A stretch of 64,000 bases of DNA from the NCBI GenBank assembly GCA_965649765.1, contig OZ287750.1, positions 73,594,001-73,658,000 on the forward strand. The letters run 5' to 3'. The notes below the pieces were generated by a model. That model did not search any database. It was not told where the DNA came from and was given only the letters and a program-made list of their open reading frames with translations. The DNA comes from Bispira polyomma (lineage: Eukaryota). Numbering within the stretch: the stretch's first letter is position 1; each line of letters opens with the position of its first letter. A program made the translations under genes and the position numbers. Below, one piece after another: positions 54,301 through 64,000 of the stretch.

Positions 54301-57143
54301 TAGCCTGAGATTAGTAATATAAATCTGTTGTACTTGTATTCTTTAATTAAATCGACTATTTAGCGGCTGGTCATGTCATATAGGACTTATGTTCTATATT
54401 ATCTTTTTAGAAATATCAAATTTATGTTCTATATTATCTTTTTAGAAATATCAGATTTATGTTCTATATTATCTTTTTAGAAATATCAGATTTTCACCAT
54501 AAAACTATATATTACAGTGTCATTTTAAACAGTAGATGTATACTGGTAGTTTGTTATTATAATATATACACACACACTGTAATAAAGATATAAAGGAAAT
54601 GTTACATACAATACATGTAATGTTCTATTAAATGAATGTTAGTAGTAGAAAATTAAGAATTAAGATTTTCATCTTCACAGACCTGACCTTAGTTCACATG
54701 AGTACATTATCCTCAGGCAAGTAGTTGTCTAACACGTAGGAGGACCTTTCCAACAAGATTTTTTCCTTTCCAGTTGGTAGGGTCAAAAGTCTTTGGGTTG
54801 CAGAGTGATAGCCCAGTGCCGTACATGGTATCTGACGGACTAGCCTCTGCCAAAAAAGATGATCCAGTTTTCAAAAGTGCTTCCCGGTATTCACGGTTTT
54901 GAGAAAACTTTGCATGAATGCCATTAAACAGTTCTTCTTCAGCTGCCTGGTTCCAAGTTTGTTGGTTAAAGTTTTGAATTTTCCGTCCCTGCTGCTTGTT
55001 CACCACTGGATTCTGCTCAGTGAGAATATCCTGGGCTGCCAGATCATCTTTGAAAAGTATAGCTTTTCTGTACATCAAGTACTGCTCTACACTAGCATAG
55101 TTCTGACCATTAATGTTGAATGAGAACTTGACATTATGGTTACTGAACAGAGAGTACTTTGTAAAAAAGGCTGTCACTCCATTCCTTTCAATTGTGAAGA
55201 TATGATGTGGTCTCAAGTCAATTTCTGGTATCTCATCCAGGTGTTCAGCATCATACATTTTACCATTTAATATCAGCCTGTCAACCCTTAATTTTGGATT
55301 CAAATGTGGGTACTTTTCCAAAGCCCTGAAAAAGGTAGGCAAGATAATTTTACGCCTATCTGTTATGAGCCTTGGAAAGTCCTCTGATACAAATAAATTG
55401 TCCTGTCTGAAATCATTTTTCTTTGAATACACTGTCATCTTGTCTTTTAAATTTTGGAAGCGCACTATTACTGCTCTTGTTCTGGTCCTAATATAAGGAC
55501 CTAGCCTATGTATAGTAGCAATATCCCTAGCTGTCATGGTTATACCATGTTTTGATAATAGCTGAAGAACTTTTATCTTCAAATTTTCATTTTTTTCTTC
55601 TGCTAAACCCCACAGCTTCACATTGTTTTTCCTCATGTACAGTTCAAGTTTAACAGTGTTTTCCTCTAGCTGCTTGTTTTTGTTCTTCAACAGTTCTATT
55701 TCCTTTTCACAGTTTTCTATCACTTTTGTCTTTTCTTCCAACTGCTCTTCAATAACGTTAATCTTTTTCATTTCCTCCAGTACATACTGCATGGAGTGTT
55801 TTGTAGTTTCCATATCATCTTTTAATGGTTTCAGCTTTTCTTCAAGTTTCACATCTAAAAGTCCTGAAATCTTTTCAAGGAGCTTTTCTAATGTTTCGTT
55901 ATCCATTGTATTGGTATTAATTTACAATAAAACTCATCCAAAACTATAGGTTTAACACTGTTTATAAAGGTTTATGTCAAACATCAAGATTTGTGTCTAA
56001 CTAGAACACCTACACATTCCATATACTGTCCTTCACACTAAAACATATTGATAATATTGCTCTGCCCTTCAGCTGGGTACACTTCAGGAAAAAACAGTAA
56101 ATTTACACATCTAAAGTAACTATTTATCCTTGGTCAAGTAGTTCATGTTGTTCTACATACTTTTGTATATCATGTGAAACAATTTTTTAAGACATTTTTT
56201 TTATTCTACTGTTTGTATTTTTGACATCTATCCACACAGTTAAAAAGTCATGCCATTCTCCTCTAAGGCCAAACCAAATGTTTCTTATCTTTGGTGAAAA
56301 TAAGAGGACCAATTTTGTCCAAATTTTTATTTGTAGTAAAACATTATCAAAGCCTTCCTTAGAGTGAGGAATCTTAAATTTGCCACTGTATCTAAAATTC
56401 ATGACCTCTAAAATTTAGGCCAAATCAATAAAAACTAGGCAAAAAATAACTGCAATCGAGGTACCTAAGGCAAAATATTTACAAAAATCTCACTTTCAGC
56501 AAATATTACCCACAATTCTACCAAAAACGCAACATTTTCTAGGTGGCAAATTTTAGATACAGTGGCGAATTTTAGATTGCTTATTACTTTAGTTTCTTTG
56601 ACTGACTGTATCTTGTGTACAGATGAGCCTGTGACGTCCATGTTTCTGGCTCCAGCAGTAGCGCCCTGGGAAACCACACTCGACGGGGTGATGGGAGGGA
56701 AAGGAAACAACCCCGGTGTACGGCTTCTCGAGTATGACAGAAACTCGGGCAGAATCCTTGACATTTTCCAGTATTACCTCAACCTGACCAGGGCTAATAA
56801 AGAGAACAAAGCAGACTGGGAACTCGAGTACAAAGGTACTGACCTGTACCTACAGCCTGATATGGGTACAGAGTCCCTACACAACGTAGCTCAGAGTCTA
56901 ATGGAGGATGAGGAGTTGTTTGGGAAGTACTACAAAGCAAATGGGGTCCTGTATGATCCAGAAGAGGCTTGGAACCACGAAACTCGAGCTGTCCATTATT
57001 GTGCCGCCACAAAGCTGAGATACGAAGAGTATGCAGAATGTTATGGAGTGTACACTGTGGTGGGAGGGGCCGGACAAATCACCTTGAACTTATTACTGTG
57101 TATATTGTCTGTGGCAACAGCAGGGAGTGTTTGCTACTTTTGA
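42369..57143 (+). CDS. SMPDL3B: Acid sphingomyelinase-like phosphodiesterase 3 (SMPDL3B-like), 472 aa; exons 42369-42471, 42897-43098, 43851-43908, 44337-44526, 46467-46633, 47709-47886, 56623-57143
   Basis: Signal peptide; metallophosphoesterase motifs FWHVTDLHWD, GDYACDSP, WTGD, LGNHD, AHVPPG, FGHHHTD, NNPGVRL; hydrophobic C-terminus; all junctions GT-AG and in phase. The A versus B assignment is tentative and rests on the GPI-like tail. Confidence 0.9.
42638..42855. mobile_element. piggyBac-type MITE (TTAA-flanked); related copies near 23639, 38367-38628 and 47906-48392
   Basis: TTAA-CCCTTT...AAAGGGG-TTAA; the 47906-48392 copy reads TTAA-CCCT...AGGG-TTAA. Confidence 0.65.
44598..44913. 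mobile_element. MITE with 25-bp perfect terminal inverted repeats
   Basis: GGGGCCGTATTCACTAACAAGTGAA at 44598 and TTCACTTGTTAGTGAATACGGCCCC ending at 44913. Confidence 0.8.
46652..46926 (+). mobile_element. SINE (second family) with L2-like 3' tail; related degraded copies near 38870-39035, 43313-43390, 45470-45635, 47100-47250 and 60760-60935
   Basis: B-box remnant GGGTTCATCTCC, shared body, and 3' end AAAGCGC...AAGCGCGCTATAACAAAT plus (ATGTT)n. Confidence 0.65.
49196..53014 (-). CDS. L1/Tx1 ORF2: APE endonuclease, reverse transcriptase and C-terminal CCHC finger (open 52937-49296; single-base frameshifts near 52968 and 49330)
   Basis: CLQDTH, LYAPN, GDFN, RLDYFL, TDH (APE); WRPISLL, IDFEKALD, GCRQGDPISP, QFADD (RT); CRLC..ESIIHLFVRC. 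The N-terminus MATLDTVKVLSVNCQ.LQDKKKR and C-terminus ...FSIIWNRW lie in adjacent frames. Confidence 0.95.
53281..53390. repeat. 34-bp tandem repeat, ~3.2 copies, in the LINE inter-ORF spacer
   Basis: CACATTAATGGACATATGTCAAACAATACTATTA at 53281, 53315, 53349. Confidence 0.9.
54387..54493. repeat. 35-bp tandem repeat, 3 copies, in the LINE inter-ORF spacer
   Basis: TTATGTTCTATATTATCTTTTTAGAAATATCARAT at 54387, 54422, 54457. Confidence 0.9.
54713..55906 (-). CDS. LINE ORF1 protein: coiled coil plus RRM-type ORF1 core fused to a C-terminal NADAR (YbiA/DUF1768-like) domain; 397 aa
   Basis: aa 1-90 coiled coil; RKNNVKLWGLAE, IHRLG, RAVIVRF, FVSEDFP..RRK and DRLILNG (ORF1 core); aa ~247-397 FSN, SVEQY.M.RKA.LF.D, KQQGRKI.NF...W, AKFSQN, LLKTG...LAEASPSD..YG.G, W.GKN.VGKVL..VR (NADAR). 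Confidence 0.88.
   Translation of the reverse strand: MDNETLEKLLEKISGLLDVKLEEKLKPLKDDMETTKHSMQYVLEEMKKINVIEEQLEEKTKVIENCEKEIELLKNKNKQLEENTVKLELYMRKNNVKLWGLAEEKNENLKIKVLQLLSKHGITMTARDIATIHRLGPYIRTRTRAVIVRFQNLKDKMTVYSKKNDFRQDNLFVSEDFPRLITDRRKIILPTFFRALEKYPHLNPKLRVDRLILNGKMYDAEHLDEIPEIDLRPHHIFTIERNGVTAFFTKYSLFSNHNVKFSFNINGQNYASVEQYLMYRKAILFKDDLAAQDILTEQNPVVNKQQGRKIQNFNQQTWNQAAEEELFNGIHAKFSQNREYREALLKTGSSFLAEASPSDTMYGTGLSLCNPKTFDPTNWKGKNLVGKVLLRVRQLLA
56370..56578. repeat. 30-bp inverted repeat pair (MITE-like) upstream of LINE ORF1
   Basis: AATCTTAAATTTGCCACTGTATCTAAAATT (56370-56399) versus AATTTTAGATACAGTGGCGAATTTTAGATT (56549-56578), 2 mismatches. Confidence 0.7.
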
Positions 57144-57234
57144 TGATGGAAATTATAAATAGCAGTAGGTCATATGCATTGATTATCGGTCACACTCAAT
57201 GTATCCAATTTTAAACTAAATAAAGTGCTGCTTG

Positions 57235-57880
57235 TATTGAATTTTGAACGCGCCTTATTGATGCTAGGCATCTCCTAAAGTGCAACAACAGAATCAGTAA
57301 ACCAGTAGAAAGTCCAAAAATATAGCCAAGGTTGTAAGGAAGGATGTAGTGCTGTACAGGAAGGAAAAACTATGGGGGTAGGCGAGTTTAAAAAGATGGG
57401 TTTTAAGCTTTTTTCTAAACCCAGATATTGTTTCAAGCGATCTTAGCTCAACTGGGACACCATTCCACAACATAGGGACGGCAGTAGAGAAAGATCTTGA
57501 TCCAGCCCTCCTAGTGGGTCTAACAGAGGAATCAGAAAGTTTATTTCCCCTCTTAAGGTTGTTGAAGGAAAGGCAAGCAGCGAGGTAAGAGGGCTGATGA
57601 GAAATAACAGCTTTGAAACAGAATTTGATAGTGAATAGAAATCCAATGTAATTTTTTAAGGTATGGAGAGACATCAATACAGATAACCAGATAAAAGATA
57701 ACTCGACACAGATAGTTTTAAATAGACTGCAACTTGAATATGCAAGAATTTTTTGCTCCAAACAAAAGGGAATTGCAGTAGTAGAAACGGCTGCTAACAA
57801 TGGAGTTAGCCACAGGGATGGCAGTATCCAGTGACAAATTATTTCGTATTCTTTTGATGTCACGAATGTGATAGTACCTA
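57235..57880 (-). mobile_element. L2/CR1-group LINE 3' fragment just downstream of the SMPDL3 stop
   Basis: RSFSTAVPMLWNGVP..FRKKLKTHLF..AYP and the family 3' end GCATCAATAAGGCGCG. Confidence 0.85.
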
Positions 57881-60122
57881 AACTCAACAATTTTTGAATG
57901 TTTTCCAAAGTGTATAACTTCAAATTTAGGTGATACATGACTATCAAGTTACAATTTCATCTATATAATTATTTATATTTTTCCTTGATGACGAGCTATT
58001 GGGCACACTAAAATTAGGGTGATAGGGAGTAAAATATATGATCGAGTCACAAAGCCTGAACCTGATGCATCACTATATTTGTCACAGTCGACTGATGCAT
58101 CGATGATCATTCCACTAATCATCAGCTGTTTACAAACTAGTAATATTACTATTTGTGTAAAATGCATAGGGTGTATGCACAGTGTGCTTGTTCTTATGAC
58201 AACTAACTGGTAACAAGCTTGAGCTGTACACACATACTGTACAATGAAGTCACTAGGAATTAAGTTTGGCTATTTAAGTTATAATGACTTGGGACATACA
58301 AATCTTAACACATTAATCAACAGTCACCTGGGGCCATATTAACAAAAATTCTCAGAATACAATTCTTAGCATTTTCTTGGTCCTAGCCAATCAATCACAT
58401 TTAATGAAAAAATAGTTTCAGCCACTCAAATTGTTTTGACACAAAAATTTAAGAATGAGAATCTGTGTGAATACCAGCTCTGGAATACTAGAGTACAAAC
58501 CACCTAAAACCACCTTAAAGGGTCTGAGGGAAAAAGATCAAAAAATTTTTTTTATATAAATAATGACTTTGGACTCTGAAACTCTAATTCTCAGTGAAAA
58601 TTTGAACTTTTCTTGATATTTGAGCTAAACTTTAGCCAATGTGAAAAGTAACACTATCTGTAATTTATAAGATGTTAACATGCAAACTGCAAACCCATGG
58701 CAATATGTCAGTTACTTTTTAAACTAGGATAGAAAAAATCATTCTGTATGTATCCCTCCAAATTTATTTTTCAGTTTTATATTACAAACAAAAATACTAT
58801 ACATAAAAAAATGACAAAGTATTCTGACATAACTATTTTAAATGGAAAATATGACGACACATGAACAATCAAATTCATTAGGAAAAAAACATTTAAAACT
58901 TTAAAAGCAATAGTGCAATACCAGTACCAATTGGGTGTAATGATAGCAAAGTTCAATGATCTATACTTTACGAAAGTCAAATAGGAGTTTTAAATACAAC
59001 ACTTTATCAGGAGTCTAACAAAAAAATATTAAAGAATCACAGAGTAACTAATTTTCTCTAAATAGAGGTTTGGGATGAAATCTAACACCAAACTTTTAAA
59101 ATGGTTTGATAATAACATCATAACTAAAGAGTAAAGACATATTTTTGAGCTTTGACCAACAGAAAACACAAACTAACCTCATCTTGGGAAAACTATATAG
59201 TTTTGAGGAAATAGTATATACTATAAACTATTTGCAGGATTACTCATTATATTAAACACAATACTCTATCCCAAGTTGTCACAAAAATTTAAATTTTAAA
59301 ATGCAAAAAAAACAAACAAATTGTGACCACACATATTATGTTTCCAGTTCTTTCTCATCAAAGAACAAAAATATATCTATACGTTTTAATTATTCAAAAA
59401 ATAATTAAGTTCTAAAACCATATAGACTCTACATACTCTACATGATAATATAAATCATCTTATTCACCACGTGCAAAACAATATGTTACAGAATTCAGTA
59501 ACCTTCACTAACATATAAAATGGATAGTTTCTACTTTACTGATCTCATTTTTTGTTTACTAGAGATTTTGTTGTTGTAATGTTAAAATGTTGAGGATTGG
59601 TTTCAAACTTAATTTCAAACAATATAAGGTACACTAAATTTACCTTATTTAATCAATGAATAAATCGGCACCATCAAATTTAGCAGCTTTCATTTAAATG
59701 TTTTACTCTATAAGACACCTTGTATTTATATTTATTGCACGTGAAATCTCTTTATAATCTCGTACCGGTAAAGTAGAATTACTCCTACAAACCATAGATG
59801 TTTGAAAGTTTACGACAATATGTTTTTATACCATACTCCTGTACTAAACTGGTGTAAACTTCAACCTTTCTGTTTTATTGAAAAACTAACATTTAAAAAT
59901 TTTCTGCAAAGTATTAACAGATAATTACATACATATGTAAGCTTTCTCAAATGGATTGATTGTACAGAGACACTTAATATCACATACTTACAAAAAGGAT
60001 TTTCACACCATTTATAATAAACTGCTGTTTAATTGACAAAATATTAAAGTTAGTTATGACATCATTTATGTAATGTACCCGTCTGGAAAAGCAAATTAAA
60101 CTACAAGATTTTACATGTAGTA

Positions 60123-60321
60123 CAGTAGAACTTCTATTATCCAAACCTCTGTTATCCAAACATTTGATTTTATGAAGTCATTTCCACTCTCTCTAAAATT
60201 TATGTTTTATATATTTTTTTTTATTACCAAAATGGCTCTTCTATTTTATGAACTCTCTATTATCCAAAAAAAAAAAAATCTCTTTATTCGCCAAGATGTT
60301 CGGATAAAAGAGGTTCTACTG
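60123..60321. mobile_element. Tc1/mariner(pogo)-type MITE; roughly ten related copies in the window
   Basis: TA-CAGTAGAACTTCTATTATCCAAAC...GTTCGGATAAAAGAGGTTCTACTG-TA. Confidence 0.8.
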
Positions 60322-60618
60322 TATTATGGAAGGAAGCAATTCCCGTATAACTACTACCAACTATGTTTTTCTTGAACACTTGAATATCTCCAAAGAATTT
60401 CTACCACAGTTGAACAAAATCCATTCACCTTTAACATGTGTGTAAAATAGTCTTTGATTGAATCCATTTTTCCTGTACTTGAAGTTACCGAAGTGTATGT
60501 ATGTGTGTTGTCCCTTGTACATGTAATAGTCACAGTTTTTCTCACTACTGATAACATGTTGTAGGGTCACTATATATAGTACACACTGTACTGGAAACGT
60601 GTAGTAGTACGAGGGTCT

Positions 60619-63600
60619 TCAACAAAACTGAAAACAGAAACATGGAATTACAAAAATTGTATTATACAATTTATATTATACATTTTGAACTTGATTTATT
60701 GATGCAAGGCATCTTCTAAACTCAAAAATTAAATCGATCAACCAAATCTTACAACATAGCCTGGGTCGTCATCAGTAGGTAATGGCAACCCAAGGATGTT
60801 ATCCCACCAATGAACCTATCAACATTAGCAGGAGTTAAACCGTGGACCTTCTGATCACCAGATAAACTCCCGCACTGGAAGTTGAACCGGGGACCTTCTG
60901 ATCACCAGATAAACTCCCTAATCACTAGGCCACAGGATACCACCCAACAACAAAAGACAATGAAAGATTGTAATAATCCATTGCCGTGAATATGTGTTTA
61001 AGCACTTAAATGTTAACCTAGATGTAAGGGTCGAGAAATTTGCTTGAAACATATTTTACAAGTATGAAAATCTTGAAAATTAGGTTATGTGACTGAAACA
61101 TTCAATTAGTTGGAAATTAACCATTTCACATCGAAATGGGTGTAAACAACATTGTTCCAAATTCCAGTTAAAAGTAGCAAAAAACTTTGGATCACACTTA
61201 AAAAGAAACAATTTTTGGATAATAATTTCAAGAAATGTTCGTAGTACTAGATTTTGAAGGGTTACCCTCAGTTTTGTATTTGTTTCATGACAAACAGGAG
61301 TGCACAATTTTCCAACTCGTTGGAGCAACAGTATCAAGGAGAAATATGTGGTTGTTGCAACAGTCAACAGTCAATCAGAAATAGGTACTCATTAGAGCAC
61401 TAGTGTCAATCAGAAATAGGTAGTCATTAGAGCACTAGTGTCAATCAGAAATAGGTAGTTGTTAGAGCACTAGTGTCAATCAGAAATAGGTAGTCATTAG
61501 AGCACTAGTGTCAATCAGAAATAGGTACTCATTAGAGCACTAGTGTCAATCAGAAATAGGTAGTCATTAGAGCACTAGTGTCAATCAGAAATAGGTACTC
61601 ATTAGAGCACTAGTGTCAATCAGAAATAGGTACTCATTAGAGCACTAGTGTCAAGCAGAAATAGGGACTCATTAGAGCACTAGTGTCAATCAGAAATAGG
61701 TACTCATTAGAGCACTAGTGTCAATCAGAAATAGGGACTCATTAGAGCACCAGTGTCAATCAGAAATAGGGACTCATTAGAGCACTACTGTCAATCAGAA
61801 ATAGGTACTGGTCAGAGTACTAGTGTCAATGAGAAATATTTAAAGTAGTAGCATACCTTCCATCTGTTTCCACAGTTATTACACACCACAAATGTTGTCA
61901 TTGGTTCATCAGAACTTCTTGTCTGTAACTGTAACATTGAAAATAACAAAAAAGTACAGCTTAGCAGTCATTACTCAATTATCAAACTAACGGTGATGTG
62001 GATTTGTAACATAATAAATCAATGCCAGGCATCTTCTAAAGCACCACATATTTGACAGTAAGGTGAAAGGGAAGTGAAAGGGAAGTCCTACAACATGGAT
62101 TTAAAATAAGTCCAACAAATGCTTTACTTCTTGTACAATAATGTCCAAAAACACAAAGCAATGAAACTGCAGTTCCACACATGACACTTGTCCCGAGTTC
62201 CAATTTATTTTAGGATTTCACCTTTCTCCCAAACAATGGCAAAAGTAGACCGAGTTCCAATTCATTTTAGGATTTCACCTCTCTCCCAAACAATGCCAAA
62301 AGTCCCGAGTTTTAATTTATTTTAGGATTTCACCTCTCGCCCAAACAACACCAAAAGTGCCGAGTTCTAATTTATTTTAGAATTTTACCACTTCTCCCAA
62401 ACAATGCCAAAAGAAGTCCCCATATCTCTGGCTAGAGTAAGATTAAGTCAAATCTGACTGCATATTTGAATTCATCACTGAAAGATCTAATAAAATTAAT
62501 GGTTACAAGTAGAGGTATATTCCATGTACAGGGACTTTCAAATAGCCTTAGTTTGAGTTGAGTCTAAGTTTCTTTAGAGAATATGGTCCTATTCACTCAT
62601 AGGCTGTTTCTTGGTCCACAAATGACTCAGATAAAGAGTGAAGGATTAGTCCACCTGATAAGTGATAGGAGAAACTCTGCATCAGTTTTAGAATATTGTT
62701 TAAATGCAGGCATTGTTTTTTTATCAGGCAGTATAATACCCCAGTATGGCACTTACCTGTGTATATGTACAGTTTCTTTTCTGACACTTGCCACACTTGA
62801 ACAAGTCCGTCACAGTGCCTGCATTGGTGGACATCTGGTGGTCATCTATAGCTTCTTTTGTTAACTTGGCACGCAATTCCTTCAGCTCATCACTTGCCAT
62901 TTCCTGTACAAAAACACATAGTTGATGAAATTTTTACAACACTGTCTTGCTAAATGTTTCTATTTTGTTGAAACTGCACACCTCATTGATGAAGCTTAAA
63001 ACTGATAAAAAATATAGCACGGCAGGCTCTTGATTGGAACCCACAGGGCAAAAGAAGAAGAGGGAGATAAAAATTAATACTGGACCAAGTTCAATATCTC
63101 ATGGATGGAAGCCCAAAACATAGCCCCAAACTGCAAAAATAGAGGTTTGTGATAAAGGCTCCATGTTCTGCTAGGAATGAAGAAGTATAAGTAAAGAAGT
63201 AAGAAAGTACATGCAGGGTTGGCATCAAGTAACTTGTTAAGTACTTAAGTACAAGTACTTTCCAAAATAATCAGTACAAATACATTTTTCCACTTAAGTA
63301 AAACTACTTTTCAACACTACTTAAGTACAAGCACTTTTCAAACAACAGGCTGGGCATCTGATAGTTTATTAACCATGTATAGGACAATAAGATCAACACT
63401 GCAAATGAACGGGCAATTTAAATTACGGTAGTTATGAATTACTAGTTTTTATTATTAGAACAAATTGGATATTTACTGCAGAGGGTAGACAACAATTATA
63501 ATAAGTCTATGAAGTTGATACTATACCCAAAACAAGGTCTTATAAACTAACAACTAAAAACTTTGGAAATTATCTAATTTGTGAATAATTAACTTTCTAT

Positions 63601-63796
63601 ATCTGAAGTAAATGTGATATTGTATTGACACTTCAACTAACCTCTGCTGTCATTTTAGCCATTTTCTCTGGTGTAATCAGCCCAATCATGACATTTTCCC
63701 TCAAGTGTGGGTTCTTCAGATCTTTCAGATTCGCCACCCGACTTCGTACCCGTGTCTTGTATTTGTTCTCTGTGTTGTTAAACTCTTGAAATATTG
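60619..63796 (-). CDS. TCEA1: Transcription elongation factor S-II (TFIIS), 3' exons 63796-63642, 62903-62757, 61928-61857, 60627-60619; 5' part lies outside the window
   Basis: [81 protein letters not shown]; phases consistent. The paralog number is nominal for an invertebrate. Confidence 0.93.
61370..61837. repeat. 35-bp minisatellite, ~13 copies, in the last TCEA intron
   Basis: Unit GTCAATCAGAAATAGGTACTCATTAGAGCACTAGT, head to tail, no spacers. Confidence 0.95.
62192..62412. repeat. ~55-bp minisatellite, 4 copies, in a TCEA intron
   Basis: Unit CCGAGTTCCAATTTATTTTAGGATTTCACCTCTCTCCCAAACAATGCCAAAAGT. Confidence 0.85.
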
Positions 63797-63814
63797 GTAT
63801 GTCGCTGTTAAGGG
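63797..63814 (-). promoter_or_regulatory. U12-type (minor spliceosome) branch site and AC acceptor
   Basis: Minus strand CCCTTAAC-AGCGACATAC|CAATATTTCAA: branch consensus 10 nt before an AC terminus, with no polypyrimidine tract. Confidence 0.8.
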
Positions 63815-64000
63815 TATAATCTACTGAGGACATTGCATGTGTTAAACATGATCAAAATGTTCTGGAAACTTGTGTGTGATAACTCATGTTATTAAGACCA
63901 AGAACCAATGTGACATCTCCACGTTCTATAGGGCCAATTTTTTCAAGAACTTGTGTGATCTGGAGCAAACGTCTGACATAAACTTGTGAGATCGGCAAGA

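Larger units (their letters stand above)
49015..56100 (-). mobile_element. Near-full-length L1/Tx1-clade non-LTR retrotransposon, antisense in SMPDL3 intron 6
   Basis: ORF1 55906-54713, ~1.7-kb spacer, ORF2 53014-49196, short 3' UTR and A12 run at 49026-49015. The 5' boundary is approximate and no TSD was established. Confidence 0.88.

Noticed and set aside
54713-55906. NADAR ORF as bacterial contamination or an ordinary host YbiA gene
   Set aside because: It is fused in frame to a LINE ORF1 core, matches the local AT-rich composition and lies inside an intron of a correctly phased host gene.
49003-56290. TTCTTA at ~49009 and ~56283 as the LINE target-site duplication
   Set aside because: Too short and too common in this AT-rich, repetitive flank to define the boundary.
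42369-57143. Functional link between SMPDL3 (nucleotide phosphodiesterase family) and the intronic NADAR ORF
   Set aside because: The element is an antisense, apparently recent insertion; nothing in the sequence supports more than chance co-location.
61370-61837. 35-bp repeat array as a CRISPR
   Set aside because: Units are head to tail with no unique spacers, there are no cas genes, and the context is a eukaryotic intron.

Overview
AT-rich, intron-rich eukaryotic genomic DNA from an invertebrate animal; the repeat inventory suggests a mollusc or other lophotrochozoan (inference). Five host genes can be spliced by hand with consistent phases: GADD45GIP1/CRIF1 (-, 2 exons), a ~1960-aa BTB plus multi-zinc-finger gene (+, 5 coding exons), RFESD (+, 4 exons), SMPDL3B-like (+, 7 exons) and the 3' part of TCEA/TFIIS (-), which shows a U12-type AT-AC acceptor. 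Mobile DNA includes a near-intact L1/Tx1-type LINE in SMPDL3 intron 6, a full-length but decayed DIRS element, a short pol-less LTR element, several L2/CR1-type fragments, tRNA-derived SINEs, MITEs and minisatellites. The top finding is the L1/Tx1 ORF1 (54713-55906): a coiled-coil/RRM ORF1 protein fused to an apparently intact NADAR (YbiA-like) domain, a family that includes guanine-ADP-ribose hydrolases. This is a candidate retrotransposon-encoded counter-defence against nucleic-acid ADP-ribosylation. Other notable findings are a six-fold repeated, unusual 8-ligand Cys/His module in the BTB-ZF protein (A-B-C-A'-B'-C') and the LTR element carrying an unrecognised coiled-coil/zinc-finger ORF instead of gag-pol. 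All calls come from reading the sequence; no searches were run.
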